60,342 nt of DNA from a virus. Its lineage: Duplodnaviria; Caudoviricetes. Position numbers and translations under genes: made by a program. Under the pieces are notes generated by a model that saw nothing but the letters and a program-made list of their open reading frames with translations, was not told the origin of the DNA and ran no database searches. Positions 39,590 through 51,242 of the stretch are shown here, one piece after another. The number at the start of each line of letters is the position of its first letter. Positions within the stretch are counted from its first letter, which is position 1. The stretch spans positions 1-60,342 of IMG/VR virus record IMGVR_UViG_3300005613_000071, one strand, 5' to 3'.

Positions 39590-39877
39590 TTACCACTTTA
39601 CTTTATCCGCCCAGTACGCCGCACTCATCTTGCCCTTAGCAATGTTCTTGGCATGCCGAGCTTTGAAGCTTGCACGCTTCTTCTGTCTCGCTGGGGTTGG
39701 GTTCGACTCTGTTACGGTATCTGCTCCTTTTTCTCCAAAGCGAATAAGCTTCACCCTATCCCCTTCTTTGGCCAGTACCATGTGCGACTTCTTCGGATGC
39801 TTTGGCGTGGACTTGGCTTTGTTTACGCCGCTAAGCCCATGCCTCTTCAGCATGTTTTTTATTCTGCTATCGCTCAT
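39590..39877 (-). CDS. Small basic conserved phage protein
   Basis: KSHMVLAK...KLIRFG...RASFKARH...SAAYWADKVKW; promoter box 4 nt upstream (39882-39889). Confidence 0.8.
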   Translation of the reverse strand: MSDSRIKNMLKRHGLSGVNKAKSTPKHPKKSHMVLAKEGDRVKLIRFGEKGADTVTESNPTPARQKKRASFKARHAKNIAKGKMSAAYWADKVKW

Positions 39878-39889
39878 GATGCAAATATA

Positions 39890-39920
39890 ATAAAACAAAG
39901 AAAGGGGCTCACGGCCCCTT
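39890..39920 (-). terminator. Intrinsic terminator
   Basis: AAGGGGC-CGTGA-GCCCCTT followed by TCTTTGTTTT on the - strand. Confidence 0.7.
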
Positions 39921-39940
39921 ATCTTTAGTCTAATCTTCTA

Positions 39941-40075
39941 TTACTTCTCTTTGACCTCTTGAAGATCTTGAAGAGCTGTCACGCCTTCGTTGACTTCCGA
40001 CCATGGGCGGCTAGACAAGTAGACGAGCAAAGCGTCACGCAGGGACGCGGGGATGACGTAGTTTTTTTCTTCCAT
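39941..40075 (-). CDS. Small protein (44 aa, MEEKNYVIPASLRDALLVYLSSRPWSEV...), possible tail-fibre accessory
   Basis: Read manually; intact frame after AT-rich leader. Confidence 0.55.
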   Translation of the reverse strand: MEEKNYVIPASLRDALLVYLSSRPWSEVNEGVTALQDLQEVKEK

Positions 40076-40094
40076 TGTATTTAAATTGTTTTTA

Positions 40095-40379
40095 TTAGGC
40101 AAGCGGTGGAGTCACCGTAGCTGTCGGGAACTCAGCAGACATAGCGGAGTTTACGATAGCATCGATGTTGGTCTCCCCAGATTCGTTCGTGTAAGAGAGG
40201 TGGGCTCTATGCTGGTAGACGCCACCGTCTTCCTTTACGGAAAGCGAGATGTTGACGTAGTCGTTAGCACCGATGTGAATATTTTCTACGGTCATAGCTG
40301 GGTTCAAGAGTGTAAATCCATCCATTTGAAACGTGTGCTCACCAGAGATGTTCCAGGTTTGAGATGTGTATAAAGGCAT
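40095..40379 (-). CDS. Hypothetical protein (tail accessory)
   Basis: ORF in tail-fibre block; -7 box upstream. Confidence 0.65.
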   Translation of the reverse strand: MPLYTSQTWNISGEHTFQMDGFTLLNPAMTVENIHIGANDYVNISLSVKEDGGVYQHRAHLSYTNESGETNIDAIVNSAMSAEFPTATVTPPLA

Positions 40380-40404
40380 ATCAGAATGTTTGTTGCAAAT
40401 ATAA

Positions 40405-40659
40405 TCAATCAGGCTTTACCCCGTACTCTCCATCTTGAAGGTTATAAGTTGTCTCACCTGAGCTGGTCAAGTAAGTGAATGATCTAGTCTCGCCTGTTGG
40501 GATTTCAAGGGTCTCATAAGTTGCGACATAGGTCCCATCATCCTGAAGACAGTCTTCGAGTGTTTCCTCATTAAAGACCCAAGACATGTTGGGGCACCTA
40601 GAGTCTGTCCAGACTTCCTTAAGCTCAGATTCGGATGTAATTGTTACGCTTCTAATCAT
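40405..40659 (-). CDS. Hypothetical protein (tail accessory)
   Basis: ATGA-coupled to upstream gene. Confidence 0.6.
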   Translation of the reverse strand: MIRSVTITSESELKEVWTDSRCPNMSWVFNEETLEDCLQDDGTYVATYETLEIPTGETRSFTYLTSSGETTYNLQDGEYGVKPD

Positions 40660-41984
40660 GATGATGCTCGGATTAAGAGAAATGTAGCATCGGAACTATT
40701 GTTTCCACAGTACGAATGAATCCAGTTTATTGTAGATCCAGAGTCAATGGGATTTGCTAAATCAGAAATGTCGACAAACCTTGTCCCTCCGATGCCGTTA
40801 CTGATGCCGTTGAGACTAGAATTTGAAGGCAAATTGTGACTACCGTAGATCGCTGGATTTGAACTGTATACTACGTAGCCTCCGTTATACTTGCCCGTAT
40901 AAACATAATTCTGAGCCATGCCATCATTAGCATCTATCTCTTCCCAAAGACCGCCTGTGCTAGTAAGCTGCCTCCACGTTCTGTCAAAGGTTAATCCAGT
41001 ACCAAATGGACTTCCGTAATTACCCGAACTGCAATACCATATTTCACCACCCTTAATAGCCATCATTACGTTTCTGGTGGGTCCAAGGTATTCCCAGTCT
41101 GTGTCGTTCCCCACTTGTTGAGGGTACAGTATATCGGTACTAGTACCAGTTCCAAGGGCCCCGTAAGCATTCTCCCCCCACCTCCAGAGCCTTCCTGTGC
41201 TATCAATAGCTCCAGGAGAGTCACTCATAACCTTAATGTCAGTCCAACCTTCTACGTCAAACGTGCCGCTGGCGGTGCCATCACTCATGAGAGTCCAAGA
41301 CGAAGTGAGCCCGCTTGTCGTGTTCAGTCCAGTTTTTCCTTCGGAGTTCGATCCTATAACATAAAGTTTACCACCATTAGATCCCTTTACCGCGATGTAA
41401 ACAGTGCTGCCATAGTATGGGTATGGGTCTCCGTGAATAGAAACCCAGTCTGTATCACTTCCAATTTGAGCGAAACTATAGTTTGCTGTAGTTCCGCTGT
41501 TTCCAAAATACGCACCGTTTCCGCTGTGGTGAAACGTTCCACTTGTGCTTACGTACATAATACCCCCGTACCCCACGAAAAAGTTGGCAACATTTTGAGC
41601 GGCCAAATGATACTCGTCCTGAGGGGCGGAGGCTGTAACAGCTCTTCCTATGGATGATGTAAAAACAGCACTAGGCCAACAGGTATAAAGGTCTCCAGAG
41701 TCTGTTAGATAGGCAGATCCAAAACCACCGAACTTGAAGTTACCTTTAGAAATAGTGGCCGTAGTTAGCTGTCCTTTTGAAGGGACGGCAGAAGGTATAA
41801 TGACATTACCATCAACCTTAATCTTAAGGACGTCTTGAGCGCCTGCCCCGCCACCCCACATAAGAACCCCTGTGTCTGCCTCTGTGAGAGCAAAGTCTTC
41901 GATAGAACCTCCTCCACCTTGCGTCACAAAGAACCCGCTTACGTTGTCGATATTCGACGTGTCTACTCCAATAATCTTACTCAT
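40656..41984 (-). CDS. RCC1/BLIP-II-like beta-propeller protein; candidate receptor-binding protein
   Basis: [36 protein letters not shown] repeats. Confidence 0.7.
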   Translation of the reverse strand: MSKIIGVDTSNIDNVSGFFVTQGGGGSIEDFALTEADTGVLMWGGGAGAQDVLKIKVDGNVIIPSAVPSKGQLTTATISKGNFKFGGFGSAYLTDSGDLYTCWPSAVFTSSIGRAVTASAPQDEYHLAAQNVANFFVGYGGIMYVSTSGTFHHSGNGAYFGNSGTTANYSFAQIGSDTDWVSIHGDPYPYYGSTVYIAVKGSNGGKLYVIGSNSEGKTGLNTTSGLTSSWTLMSDGTASGTFDVEGWTDIKVMSDSPGAIDSTGRLWRWGENAYGALGTGTSTDILYPQQVGNDTDWEYLGPTRNVMMAIKGGEIWYCSSGNYGSPFGTGLTFDRTWRQLTSTGGLWEEIDANDGMAQNYVYTGKYNGGYVVYSSNPAIYGSHNLPSNSSLNGISNGIGGTRFVDISDLANPIDSGSTINWIHSYCGNNSSDATFLLIRASS

Positions 41985-44809
41985 AGCTCAAGCCAAGTAT
42001 TGTCAGGTTTGAAATAAATAGTGCTATTAGCTCCGTCGACAACGTGACCAACAACCCTCACAAACTCTCCAGCTGTAGATGGAGCAGTAGTGGTTACTGC
42101 CCCTGCTGTCGTGCTCATGTATAGCGGCGTGCCCTTTTTAGATGCGCTCCACCCCGTGTTAGAAGACATCTTCACCACGCCTTCAACAAGCAGCTCGTCA
42201 CCACTAGCGGCATCTGTCACAACTGTGAGCATGCCAGTTGCAGCGGTACTATCTGATTGAGCTCCGACAGCTGATGGTGCGGTATTAGCAAAGTTAACTA
42301 GCGTTCCTGCCGTAGCAGCTGGTGCGGTGCCGTAAGCTCCAGTGACAAGTCGAGCTCCGTCTTGGAACTCCCCTACAGTGGTTGGCGCCGTAAATGACTG
42401 AGACATATTGGCCGAGCCGCCACCACCACTCATGGCGACCCAAGAAACTGTACCAGATCCATTTGTTTGGAGCACGTAGTTTGCGGTGCCGTCAGTAGTG
42501 GGGAGCTTAAAACCAGTTCCCAAAGGATCCCCTACTTGAAGCTGTCCGTTTACCCTTACGATGTCATTGTCGAACTCACCGTAGATAAGTGGAGTCGTCG
42601 TGCTGCTGTTGGCAATGTACAGCTTGTTGCTTTCCGTAGTGAGCTGATACCCAGCCTCATACCCAAGAAGAACATTATTGCTACCCGTGGTGAGGTTAAA
42701 CCCTGTGCGGTACCCCACCGCTGTATTAGAAGCCCCAGAGCTTACGACCTTAAGTGATTCATAGCCCACCGCTACCGTGTTGGAGAAGGTAGAAAACCCA
42801 CTTGTTCCCTGGGCTGCGTAATATCCTACCGCTACGTTGCTGTTTCCAGTGCTCAAGAAATAAAGAGATCTACGACCAAGGGCGGTGTTGGCGCCACCAC
42901 TGGTGAGGTAATACCCTGACTCTGCGCCTATCGCAGTGTTCGAGTTCCCTGAAGTAAGGAAGATCATAGCCCTATAGCCCACAGCTGTAGCAAACCTATA
43001 GACAGAGGTTCCGCTTGCACCCTTTCCAGCCGCAGTCCCCACAAGGGTGTTGGCCGCTAGGAGGTTATTGGGAACAGAGTTATACCCAGCCTCATCGCCT
43101 ACAGCAACATTATATTGCTGAGTCGTCAGGCTATGGTTAGCCCCTACACCTATCGAGACATTTCTGTTGCCACTAGTCAAAGATGATCCAGACTGCCCAC
43201 CTACAGATACGTTTCGCTGACCATCCGTCAAGGCGTCGAGAGACTGGGTTCCTATGCCTACGTTGTTGGTGGCAGTGGTGATTGAAGGCCAGCTACTCCC
43301 GATAAGAGTGTTGCTGCCTGAGTCAAGAATCTTAGCCCTGCCAACAACATGAAGCTTCTCTGTAGGGGCGGTAGTTCCGACGCCGACGTTGCCAGCCACA
43401 AGAGTTCCGCTTGCATCATCAGCATTGTTACCTATAGCAACCTTCCCCGCAGCGAGACGAGTAAACCTAACGTCTCCATTGTCTCCAGAGTTTTCTCCAA
43501 TGTGAAGGGCTCTAGATATAACAAATCTATTTACATCACCAGCGTAAGAGAATCTACCCCATTCTCCACCACCTCCCTTTTGAAAGGCCATCCTTCCACT
43601 CCACCCCACTATCCACTGATTCGTGCCGCCTGACCATCCTATCCTGTTGTAAGAGTTTACAAACAGCGTGTTTGAATTTGCAACCCCATCATCTATATGA
43701 AGTGAATAAAGTGGCGAAGTAGTGCCGATGCCGACCCTTGAGTTAGCGATATCTACATATAGCTTATCTGTAGCCGTAGCCACTCCACTTGCATCACCAG
43801 CCCATATGTTGCCAGTAGGGATGTTGGGCACGTCGTTGGCCCTGCCAGCACCCATGATGATGCCAGATATCTTATTACCACTGGTGTTTACCTTGATGAT
43901 GATGCCAAGGTTTTGAATAGCGTTGGTTCCAGTAGGCTTCGTAGTTACCCAACCTCCAGAAGCGCCTAGGTATACTGTCTGACCCTCTGAGTAGATGGAG
44001 GCGTCAGGGACGTCCACGTTGTTAATGAAGCCAAGGGCAATACCCAAACCCTCACCGTCATCGTTTAGATCTTGGTCGAGAACGAAATGAGCTGGATAGT
44101 TTGTAGCAGCATCAGCTGCAATGACTTCAGCGAGGCTTCCAACAGATCCAGTTACGTGAACAGGAGTTCCCTTGTAAAGCACACCGCCGCTAACGTTCTT
44201 TACGTTTTCTGAAATAGTACTTGGGTAAGCGAAGGAAACAGCGCCAGCGCCGTCTGCAGTTAATACTTGCCCCTCACTTCCATCTGCGGCTGGAAGAGTA
44301 TATGCGCTCCACTTGGTGTCGTAATCAGTAGCACTGTTCTTCTGAAGAAACTGATTCTCAGATCCACCAGGAGCATACCCGCCTGAAGACTCACCACGAA
44401 GATCTCCAGTTGAGAACCCAAGACCGTCGTCAGATGTAAAAGTAACAACACCAGTTCCGCTGTCGTAACTGCCCCCTGTAAAGCCTAGCCCATCAGCACC
44501 GTCAGCACCTGGAGCACCATCAATGCCATCAATACCTGGGGCCCCGTCAGCTCCGTCAGCGCCATCAGCGCCATCAGCGCCAGGAACTCCCTGAATACCT
44601 TGTATGCCCTGAGGGCCTTGTGGTCCTTGTGGACCCTGTGGGCCTTGAGCCCCTTGAGGGCCTTGAGGACCCTGAGGCCCCTGAGCTCCTTGTAGGCCAG
44701 CAGAAACCTCTACTGGGCTTACCTCTGGAGAAGAAACCTGGATAGCAGGGGTGGTCTCCACAGAGACCTTTACAACTCCTGGACCGCTATTTACAACCTT
44801 TACTGACAT
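41981..44809 (-). CDS. Tail fibre with collagen-like repeat and YadA-head-like beta-roll repeats
   Basis: (GPQ)n/(GAD)n; RVGIGTTSP; repeated N(V/T)A(V/I)G units. Confidence 0.85.
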   Translation of the reverse strand: MSVKVVNSGPGVVKVSVETTPAIQVSSPEVSPVEVSAGLQGAQGPQGPQGPQGAQGPQGPQGPQGPQGIQGIQGVPGADGADGADGADGAPGIDGIDGAPGADGADGLGFTGGSYDSGTGVVTFTSDDGLGFSTGDLRGESSGGYAPGGSENQFLQKNSATDYDTKWSAYTLPAADGSEGQVLTADGAGAVSFAYPSTISENVKNVSGGVLYKGTPVHVTGSVGSLAEVIAADAATNYPAHFVLDQDLNDDGEGLGIALGFINNVDVPDASIYSEGQTVYLGASGGWVTTKPTGTNAIQNLGIIIKVNTSGNKISGIIMGAGRANDVPNIPTGNIWAGDASGVATATDKLYVDIANSRVGIGTTSPLYSLHIDDGVANSNTLFVNSYNRIGWSGGTNQWIVGWSGRMAFQKGGGGEWGRFSYAGDVNRFVISRALHIGENSGDNGDVRFTRLAAGKVAIGNNADDASGTLVAGNVGVGTTAPTEKLHVVGRAKILDSGSNTLIGSSWPSITTATNNVGIGTQSLDALTDGQRNVSVGGQSGSSLTSGNRNVSIGVGANHSLTTQQYNVAVGDEAGYNSVPNNLLAANTLVGTAAGKGASGTSVYRFATAVGYRAMIFLTSGNSNTAIGAESGYYLTSGGANTALGRRSLYFLSTGNSNVAVGYYAAQGTSGFSTFSNTVAVGYESLKVVSSGASNTAVGYRTGFNLTTGSNNVLLGYEAGYQLTTESNKLYIANSSTTTPLIYGEFDNDIVRVNGQLQVGDPLGTGFKLPTTDGTANYVLQTNGSGTVSWVAMSGGGGSANMSQSFTAPTTVGEFQDGARLVTGAYGTAPAATAGTLVNFANTAPSAVGAQSDSTAATGMLTVVTDAASGDELLVEGVVKMSSNTGWSASKKGTPLYMSTTAGAVTTTAPSTAGEFVRVVGHVVDGANSTIYFKPDNTWLEL
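44490..44700 (-). repeat. Collagen-like Gly-X-Y repeat (9-bp periodicity)
   Basis: [12 protein letters not shown]...GADGADGAD. Confidence 0.85.
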
Positions 44810-45183
44810 CAGGCTCCTATATCGTCGTTTACTTTAAACGTACCGTACAGGAGAGTCTTTACAGATCCAGCAGTAAACCTGACCCCATTTGTATCAGTGA
44901 CTTGCAAGTCATATACGTACAGTCCTGGAGAGAGGGCACCGACCTCATTAGCGGCGGACGTTATAGCCAACTTAGAGTTGGAAGCCTCTCCACTGGAGCT
45001 GACATAACTTATAGTCAGGGTCTCAGGTGTTGCAGTATCGGAGGTAGCTACCTTCATCTCAAATGTTCCACTCACCCCATGCTCAGGCATCGCAACACCA
45101 AACTCCAAGTTGAGCTCAAATGTATCACCCCTCTTACAGACGATGTCCAAACGATTTGATATATCTACGCTTACTGTAGCCAT
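44809..45183 (-). CDS. Tail-fibre attachment/adaptor-like protein
   Basis: RGDTF...YVYDLQ...LLYGTFKV motif of small Ig-like tail proteins. Confidence 0.6.
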   Translation of the reverse strand: MATVSVDISNRLDIVCKRGDTFELNLEFGVAMPEHGVSGTFEMKVATSDTATPETLTISYVSSSGEASNSKLAITSAANEVGALSPGLYVYDLQVTDTNGVRFTAGSVKTLLYGTFKVNDDIGA

Positions 45184-47639
45184 TATTCTTGAATGATGTT
45201 GTTTACGATATCAGTTACTTCCTTGTCTACCCCCTCTGGTCCTTCAGTAAGCTCGTCTCTTTCTCCTTTGCGTTGAGCGATGAGTTTGCTTTGCTCCACC
45301 GCTTGCTTCTCTACCCTATCGTCTTTCCGATCCTCTTTAAGAACTTCGAGCTTCTCTTTAAACTCTTGCTCTTCAGTACGGAATCCAAGGGTGGCCTGAG
45401 CTCTAATAAGCTCAATCTCTCTACGGAACTGGTGCTTGACTTGCTCTAGCTGCATCTCAAGTTGAGTTTTGAGCTGGAGCTTTTGAGCCTCAAGCTGCGC
45501 CTCCATCTGCATTTCTTGCTGCTTGGCTTGTGAGGTAGCTGCTGCTGATTGCTGCTGAATCTGGGCTTGCATCTGAGAATTCTGCATAGCCATCTGTTGA
45601 TTGCGAGTTATACGCTTTGATCGACGAACGATAAGCAAGCGCTCTGCTTGGTTGACATCTCTAAGCTGTCGTATTGCGATCGCGTCTTCGATGTCTAGTT
45701 CCTTCTGAGCAAGGGCTATCTGGATGTTCTGCTCAAGGTATTGCTTCTCAGCGTCCTCCATCTCCTTGACTATCCGAACCCCGAAGTTGTACATGGGAAG
45801 ATTCTCAAAAGAAGAGAGCACCTCCATGTTGGTGTTGCCGACAGCATTGGCATACGCCCTAAAGATAACGCTCTCTCTTGGCAGGATCTGCAGGCACTTA
45901 ACGATGTCAGAGCAAACCTTCTTAAACAAGATCATAGAAGCATGAGTCATATCGTAGATGGCGTTATTGCCAGCGGCGATAGCTTGCTGCTGAACCCCAA
46001 CCAGGGCTTCGCCTCTAGGTGAACTAGCATCCATAGCTTCGTTGATACCCGTTGTATCTCTTATGAGCCTGAGGTAATGGTTGTATAGCCCGATGAACTC
46101 ATTGATGTTTCGGACAGCATTGCCAATCTCTCTGATTGGTGGGTTCTGAAATCCACCCTCGGGGTTCTTGCTTCTGTAGTAGAACACACCAGTCTGCTCA
46201 TAGATGTCGTGCAACTCAAGCGGCTGAAGCTCACCTCCCTTGCCCAACTGCACATTCTCCAAACCTTCAATGTCGATGATGATTCCATCAGGCTTGGCCT
46301 TAGCTACAGCCTGTTGAATCTTTAGGTGAGTAAGCTGAAGTTGATCGGCAAACCCGATGCAGCTATTCACCATAGACTTAGGCATCATGTCCTCTATGTT
46401 CGTAGCAACCACAGAATAAGAAAGGGTCGCCCTTGATAGGTCGTGGAGGTTTTTAGGTATGTTAGTCTTCAGACCGTAGCTAAACAGCTTGCCACAACCC
46501 ATGATGTAGTATCCACCGTACACAGTCTCATTGTCAAGACTCTTAACCTCTCTCTTGTATACTGAGTTTTCTGGTGCTTTGTAGTCGTCACCCTTGTAGT
46601 AAAAGCCTACATTTCCATGTCGACTCTCTTTCTCTTCAAACATCATCTTGTCTACAGACAAGAACTCGAACTCAAGAACGTCTACCATGAACTCATCGTA
46701 GCCGTATTGAGATCTGTTTGTATCTGGGTCGTAAGATGACACGCTCATGCGCTGTGATCTGTTACCAGACTTAGATCTAAACTTCTCTGCTATGTACTGA
46801 TAGTCCTCTTCGGTTAGTTGATCACCAGCCAAGCGCTTAAGTTCGTGGATAGGCATGGTGCGCACATGACCAGCATAGATCATGTCTCCGAATGACGGGT
46901 CTTTAACTTCGCTGTGAACAAAGTCAATAGGATCGACATAGTCGGTTTTAATACCGTAGTTGGGGTCGTTGGTTCTTTTCACCACCGCCATACCCAAGTT
47001 CACGATGTCGTTGACAGATCTTCTATACACTGAATCGTGGAAGTCATTCCACTGGAGCGTCATGTTTGTAGCTATCTGAGCGGCTATCTCTGAAGAGGAC
47101 TTGATGTTATTCCCCATAAAGATTTCAGCCTCCTCTAGTGTGTCGGGAAGCTGTTCTACATCGGCCACGTCTACGCCAGTCTTTTCTTTGATCTGAAGCA
47201 GCTGCTGCTTAGCCTGGATAAGAGCCTCCATCTTTTGGCGCTCTCTGTCTTTCTCGGATGAGGAGAGTGGGTCGACAGCCTCTAGGTTTGGGTACGGTTC
47301 TCTGGAGAGGATCTTGTTGACTACTATCCGCGCAAACTTCGGGAGTATTGGCACTGGAGTAAAGTCAAGGTTCAAGAAGCTGCCATCCCCATTGTTAGGG
47401 TCCATGCTTGTCAAGAGCTGCCTATAGATAGCTGTGTCTTGTGTGCCGTTAGCGTAAGCTCTGTTCTTGAGGAAGGTATCTCTCCTGCGCCTCATAAGGG
47501 AGTTCTCTCTATCGAGAGACCCCCACTGATTCTCTATGGCTCTTGCATATTGAAGGCCATACGAGATACTTTCTTTAACCTCTCTTTTTTCAAGAGGATT
47601 GGGAAACCCTTTTTTAGATGTATTATTCTCCCCGTACAT
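45183..47639 (-). CDS. Portal protein
   Basis: 818 aa directly after terminase; LNLDFTPVPILPKF, TGINEAMD; Gln-rich C-terminal coiled coil. Confidence 0.85.
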   Translation of the reverse strand: MYGENNTSKKGFPNPLEKREVKESISYGLQYARAIENQWGSLDRENSLMRRRRDTFLKNRAYANGTQDTAIYRQLLTSMDPNNGDGSFLNLDFTPVPILPKFARIVVNKILSREPYPNLEAVDPLSSSEKDRERQKMEALIQAKQQLLQIKEKTGVDVADVEQLPDTLEEAEIFMGNNIKSSSEIAAQIATNMTLQWNDFHDSVYRRSVNDIVNLGMAVVKRTNDPNYGIKTDYVDPIDFVHSEVKDPSFGDMIYAGHVRTMPIHELKRLAGDQLTEEDYQYIAEKFRSKSGNRSQRMSVSSYDPDTNRSQYGYDEFMVDVLEFEFLSVDKMMFEEKESRHGNVGFYYKGDDYKAPENSVYKREVKSLDNETVYGGYYIMGCGKLFSYGLKTNIPKNLHDLSRATLSYSVVATNIEDMMPKSMVNSCIGFADQLQLTHLKIQQAVAKAKPDGIIIDIEGLENVQLGKGGELQPLELHDIYEQTGVFYYRSKNPEGGFQNPPIREIGNAVRNINEFIGLYNHYLRLIRDTTGINEAMDASSPRGEALVGVQQQAIAAGNNAIYDMTHASMILFKKVCSDIVKCLQILPRESVIFRAYANAVGNTNMEVLSSFENLPMYNFGVRIVKEMEDAEKQYLEQNIQIALAQKELDIEDAIAIRQLRDVNQAERLLIVRRSKRITRNQQMAMQNSQMQAQIQQQSAAATSQAKQQEMQMEAQLEAQKLQLKTQLEMQLEQVKHQFRREIELIRAQATLGFRTEEQEFKEKLEVLKEDRKDDRVEKQAVEQSKLIAQRKGERDELTEGPEGVDKEVTDIVNNIIQE

Positions 47640-47644
47640 TGGGG

Positions 47645-47652
47645 CAAATATA
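47645..47652 (-). promoter_or_regulatory. -7 promoter box TATATTTG
   Basis: Exact consensus, 5 nt before portal ATG. Confidence 0.7.
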
Positions 47653-47658
47653 CTAAAA

Positions 47659-49782
47659 TTACGAGTGCCAGTGTTTTATCTTATACTTCCTAAAGAATTC
47701 CTTCTCGTTGAGGCTTGACTTAGGCTTTTCTTGTTTTACTTTTTGAGCGGCTAGAAGGGCCAGCCCAGAGCTAATCGTCAAGTCAAACTTAGTTCTGTCA
47801 GAAATCTTGTAGCCTATCCAGTCCTCTAAAGTTCTATTGAAGTACATCTTGCCCACCTCACCCGTCTGAGGATTCTCGCCTATGTGATCGTGGATATATG
47901 TCTCTATAGCTTGAGCGTGAGACTGGATCACGTCTTGAGAGTTGGATGGTATGCCTTTTGTCTTTACGTTAACCTTAGCACTGGAAGATGACAAGTGCGC
48001 TGGTCTACCCATTAAGTATCCATCATAACCTCTTGATTCAAAGTATCTTACGATGCCGTACTTGTTGTTCTCTACGAGTAGCGGGTACCCATAATAAAAA
48101 GCGCACATCAAAACATCTTCGTAAAAGATACTGGCTAGGTCTGGACGAGACGCGTATTCAACTACAAAACAGTTACTTACGGACTCCATGTTAAACTTAT
48201 TGTAGAGGTGCATAGCACCCTTAGACCCTCTCCCATCAACCGTAGCGTCAAGGTCGTACGAGTCGACACCTCCCACGCCTACGTGGTCATTACCTGGATG
48301 TCTCTTCCCGTACTTGTCTATCACTTTGTTTCGGTTCTCTGGCGCTGGCTGCCATGACACATAGAATCTTCCGTTATGGTCTGGAGAGAATATAACCTCT
48401 TTGTCTTTCTCTTTCCACATAAAGTTGCCACGCACAACGGGGTCTGGGAATAGTTCATTGTTGTGGTCAATCTGTTGGTAGATTTTACCAACGTTGAATA
48501 GACTACCCTCGATGCTATCTCGGAAAGCTTCCTCTTCGGTAAAGGGGAACTGCCTGACAACCTCGTTAAGTTCTGAGGCGTCGCTCTTAAGACTATCTCT
48601 TTCGTTCTTTAGGTACGCCTTGCTCCCAAGCTCGATAGGTTCACCATCGATACCGCTAACGGGATTGTTCGGGTCCTCTGAAACTGGATTGCCATACTTA
48701 TCGAAAAATCCTTCGAGGGCTTCGTAAGCTGGTATAAAGATGCGATACAGCCCGCTTTTAGTCCTACCATTTGCATTGCGTTCATTAGGGTTAGAATCTT
48801 CCCAAAGGACTTTGTACTCGCTTCCGCCCTTGTCCATCGGGTTCACTGTACTACCTACAAGAGCCTTGCCAACTACCTTCTTACCGACAATAAGGCAGGT
48901 TCTCTCTATGCGCCATGCCTCTCTGATGTCCACAGGCTTCTCCCACTTGCCAGCCTCATCGAGGTACAGCATGTGTAGCTTCTCTCCATCGTATGCGTTA
49001 TTCGTCGTGTTCTTCCAGTTGATGATGGTGTTGAGCGCGTCACCTTTGTACGACGTCTTGTTGTTCTTAGTGATACGCTTCGAGGGTTCGCGGAAGGCGA
49101 GCTCCATACGGGGGTTGGTAGTTCCGTCTTGAATAGGCTTGAAAAAGAATGGGTACGACCTAAAGATCGGAACCACCTTCTTCATAAAAATATTCTCTTG
49201 AGAGTCTTTACCAGTCTTCGACTGAATCCCAAGAAGCTTGTCTTTAACTTGAGTAGCTTCGTCAACAAGTACAGAAGAACAGATATTAGTATACCCAGAG
49301 CGGCGACACTTAGTATATAGCTGACCGATACAACGGGGATCAGCTTCGCACGCAGCCATGTGTAGAAAGATTTCACGTTGGAAGGCAAGATAGTAAGGAT
49401 ACCCGATGTCGATCTTGGACCACTGGAGAAGCATGTAATGCCTTCCTGTAATGTACGTAGCGATGCCATCATTGTAAAACCAAACACCGTTGCGCCTGCG
49501 CTCAAACTCTCTCTCGATATATGAAGAAAACTTTTTTCTAAACTCCGCTGGCTTCTCGAACCACTCATCCATACTTCGTATCTTCTGCAGTTCTTCGGGC
49601 ATAGGAATGCGTTGCCACATCTGCATCGACTTTGACTTGTCATGGAAGAGTATTTCAGATCGCTTTGGTTTCTTTGGGAGTACAACAAGAAGCCCATGGA
49701 GTTCGACAACCTCTCCTTCCGTACCGTTAGGGTCGATCTTAATCCCTTTATCTTCATATCCATCTAAGTCGATTAGATTCAT
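47659..49782 (-). CDS. terL: Terminase large subunit
   Basis: KCRRSGYT (Walker A-like), LYLDEAGK (Walker B), GST motif III, GGVDSYD nuclease, LVENNK, FDLTIS. Confidence 0.9.
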   Translation of the reverse strand: MNLIDLDGYEDKGIKIDPNGTEGEVVELHGLLVVLPKKPKRSEILFHDKSKSMQMWQRIPMPEELQKIRSMDEWFEKPAEFRKKFSSYIEREFERRRNGVWFYNDGIATYITGRHYMLLQWSKIDIGYPYYLAFQREIFLHMAACEADPRCIGQLYTKCRRSGYTNICSSVLVDEATQVKDKLLGIQSKTGKDSQENIFMKKVVPIFRSYPFFFKPIQDGTTNPRMELAFREPSKRITKNNKTSYKGDALNTIINWKNTTNNAYDGEKLHMLYLDEAGKWEKPVDIREAWRIERTCLIVGKKVVGKALVGSTVNPMDKGGSEYKVLWEDSNPNERNANGRTKSGLYRIFIPAYEALEGFFDKYGNPVSEDPNNPVSGIDGEPIELGSKAYLKNERDSLKSDASELNEVVRQFPFTEEEAFRDSIEGSLFNVGKIYQQIDHNNELFPDPVVRGNFMWKEKDKEVIFSPDHNGRFYVSWQPAPENRNKVIDKYGKRHPGNDHVGVGGVDSYDLDATVDGRGSKGAMHLYNKFNMESVSNCFVVEYASRPDLASIFYEDVLMCAFYYGYPLLVENNKYGIVRYFESRGYDGYLMGRPAHLSSSSAKVNVKTKGIPSNSQDVIQSHAQAIETYIHDHIGENPQTGEVGKMYFNRTLEDWIGYKISDRTKFDLTISSGLALLAAQKVKQEKPKSSLNEKEFFRKYKIKHWHS

Positions 49783-50909
49783 GACTCACACTCTTTCTTG
49801 TATTGATCTCGTCTAGCCAACAGCTTATCGTATCCATACTCCCCCTCTTCCATCTGCTCAAGAGCTTTCTCTACGACGGAGAAGGCTACTTGCGGAGAGC
49901 CTAGCTTATACACTGCAAAAGAATACATCTCTGGGAACCAGTACTTGTAGTCAGCCATATCTACGTTCGTGTATGCCACCGACGGGTTAGCTAGCCGAGA
50001 GGCCGTCTCCCCCAAGGTGACAGCATACAAGTATCTCTCGCTTTTAATAAGCAGCTCCATGGCCCCTACTATAGGGTCTAGGCGTGACGGTGTGTGCTCC
50101 CAGGCCCTGATGAAGCTGTCGATTACTTTGTCTTGGGGTTCGCCAACATTTTGGCTGAGCTCAGCAATCCTAAGTAGCGAGATAAATACCTCGTCATCAT
50201 TACCTCGGTCTGTGATTCTTGATCTTTTTTCATATTGTTTAATTGCTTTCCTGTATTGACCTGATAGCGCATACGACTGAGCCAAGTAGTACATGCTTCT
50301 CGTATTGCTTGGGTCTCTCTTCAGATCCTTCTCAAAGATCCTTGCGTCGTTAGCATATTTCTTCTGCGCCGTCTCATCCCTCTTAAGCGGTGAGGATCTA
50401 GCGAATACGCCAGCTGTCTTTAGCATCGTACCCTCTGGGGACTCAGACTCATCTTTATGGTCGAAGCCTAGGTACTCGTGAAGAACACCGTAGTACTTAG
50501 CTTTAGACTTAGAGCTCACCATAGTGGGTCGTGAGAAGACGCCTTTGTCAGTTCTGAAGTTCATCCACACCAGGTCCTTGGGAACCTCGAAGCCTTCGAA
50601 GATGTCTTCTTGAAATGGCTCAAGGTTATCGTCAGCATCCATAAACCAAACGATATCTGCATGAGGGCGAGCGAGCTCAAGTACATAGTTGCGGTTCGTA
50701 GAGAAGTCCTTCCACTTATGTTCGTGAAGCTCCCCAGGAATGTTATGACCGTCCATAACCTCTTTGATCTTATCCATGGTGCCGTCGCTCGACCCTGTGT
50801 CGGAGATAACCCAGTAGTTGATATACGGGGCTACGCTATCGAGGCAGCGCTGGATATCCTGCTCTTCGTCTTTGACGATCATAGCAAGGCAGAAGGTAGG
50901 CTTACTCAT
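49779..50909 (-). CDS. Glycosyltransferase family 2 with TPR-like C-terminus
   Basis: CLAMIVKDE, DTGSSDGT, DFSTNRN, MDADD (DxD), GVLHE; YYLAQSY TPR helices. Confidence 0.85.
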   Translation of the reverse strand: MSKPTFCLAMIVKDEEQDIQRCLDSVAPYINYWVISDTGSSDGTMDKIKEVMDGHNIPGELHEHKWKDFSTNRNYVLELARPHADIVWFMDADDNLEPFQEDIFEGFEVPKDLVWMNFRTDKGVFSRPTMVSSKSKAKYYGVLHEYLGFDHKDESESPEGTMLKTAGVFARSSPLKRDETAQKKYANDARIFEKDLKRDPSNTRSMYYLAQSYALSGQYRKAIKQYEKRSRITDRGNDDEVFISLLRIAELSQNVGEPQDKVIDSFIRAWEHTPSRLDPIVGAMELLIKSERYLYAVTLGETASRLANPSVAYTNVDMADYKYWFPEMYSFAVYKLGSPQVAFSVVEKALEQMEEGEYGYDKLLARRDQYKKECES

Positions 50910-51097
50910 CAGAAGCTTCTTCCAAATCGATCCATACGAGCCAGCTTAGCCACCCCAGACTTAGGGTTCTTGAGCTCCATATACTTACCGCATGGACACT
51001 TGATATCGTGATACGCTCCGTCGTCACCGAACTTAATAGAGACTCCGCCCTTACTTTCTTCGTGCTTCTTGTCGCACTTGCAAATGTATTCTGCCAT
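50909..51097 (-). CDS. Small zinc-ribbon protein (FmdB-like)
   Basis: YICKC...H...KCPCGKYM. Confidence 0.65.
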   Translation of the reverse strand: MAEYICKCDKKHEESKGGVSIKFGDDGAYHDIKCPCGKYMELKNPKSGVAKLARMDRFGRSF

Positions 51098-51099
51098 GA

Positions 51100-51231
51100 T
51101 TATCGTCCTTGTGAAGCGTAGGGCTTCGTATACTTTTTTGAATTTTTATTCTTCGACTGCTTGGTCTTTGCGTGAACGCCTTTTCTTTTTACGCTCTTAG
51201 ACTTGTAGGTAGATAGTTGTTGTTTAGCCAT
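51100..51231 (-). CDS. Very basic 43-aa peptide (MAKQQLSTYKSKSVKRKGVHAKTK...YTKPYASQGR)
   Basis: Read manually; intact frame with AT-rich leader; K/R-rich. Confidence 0.6.
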   Translation of the reverse strand: MAKQQLSTYKSKSVKRKGVHAKTKQSKNKNSKKYTKPYASQGR

Positions 51232-51242
51232 TTTATTTAATT

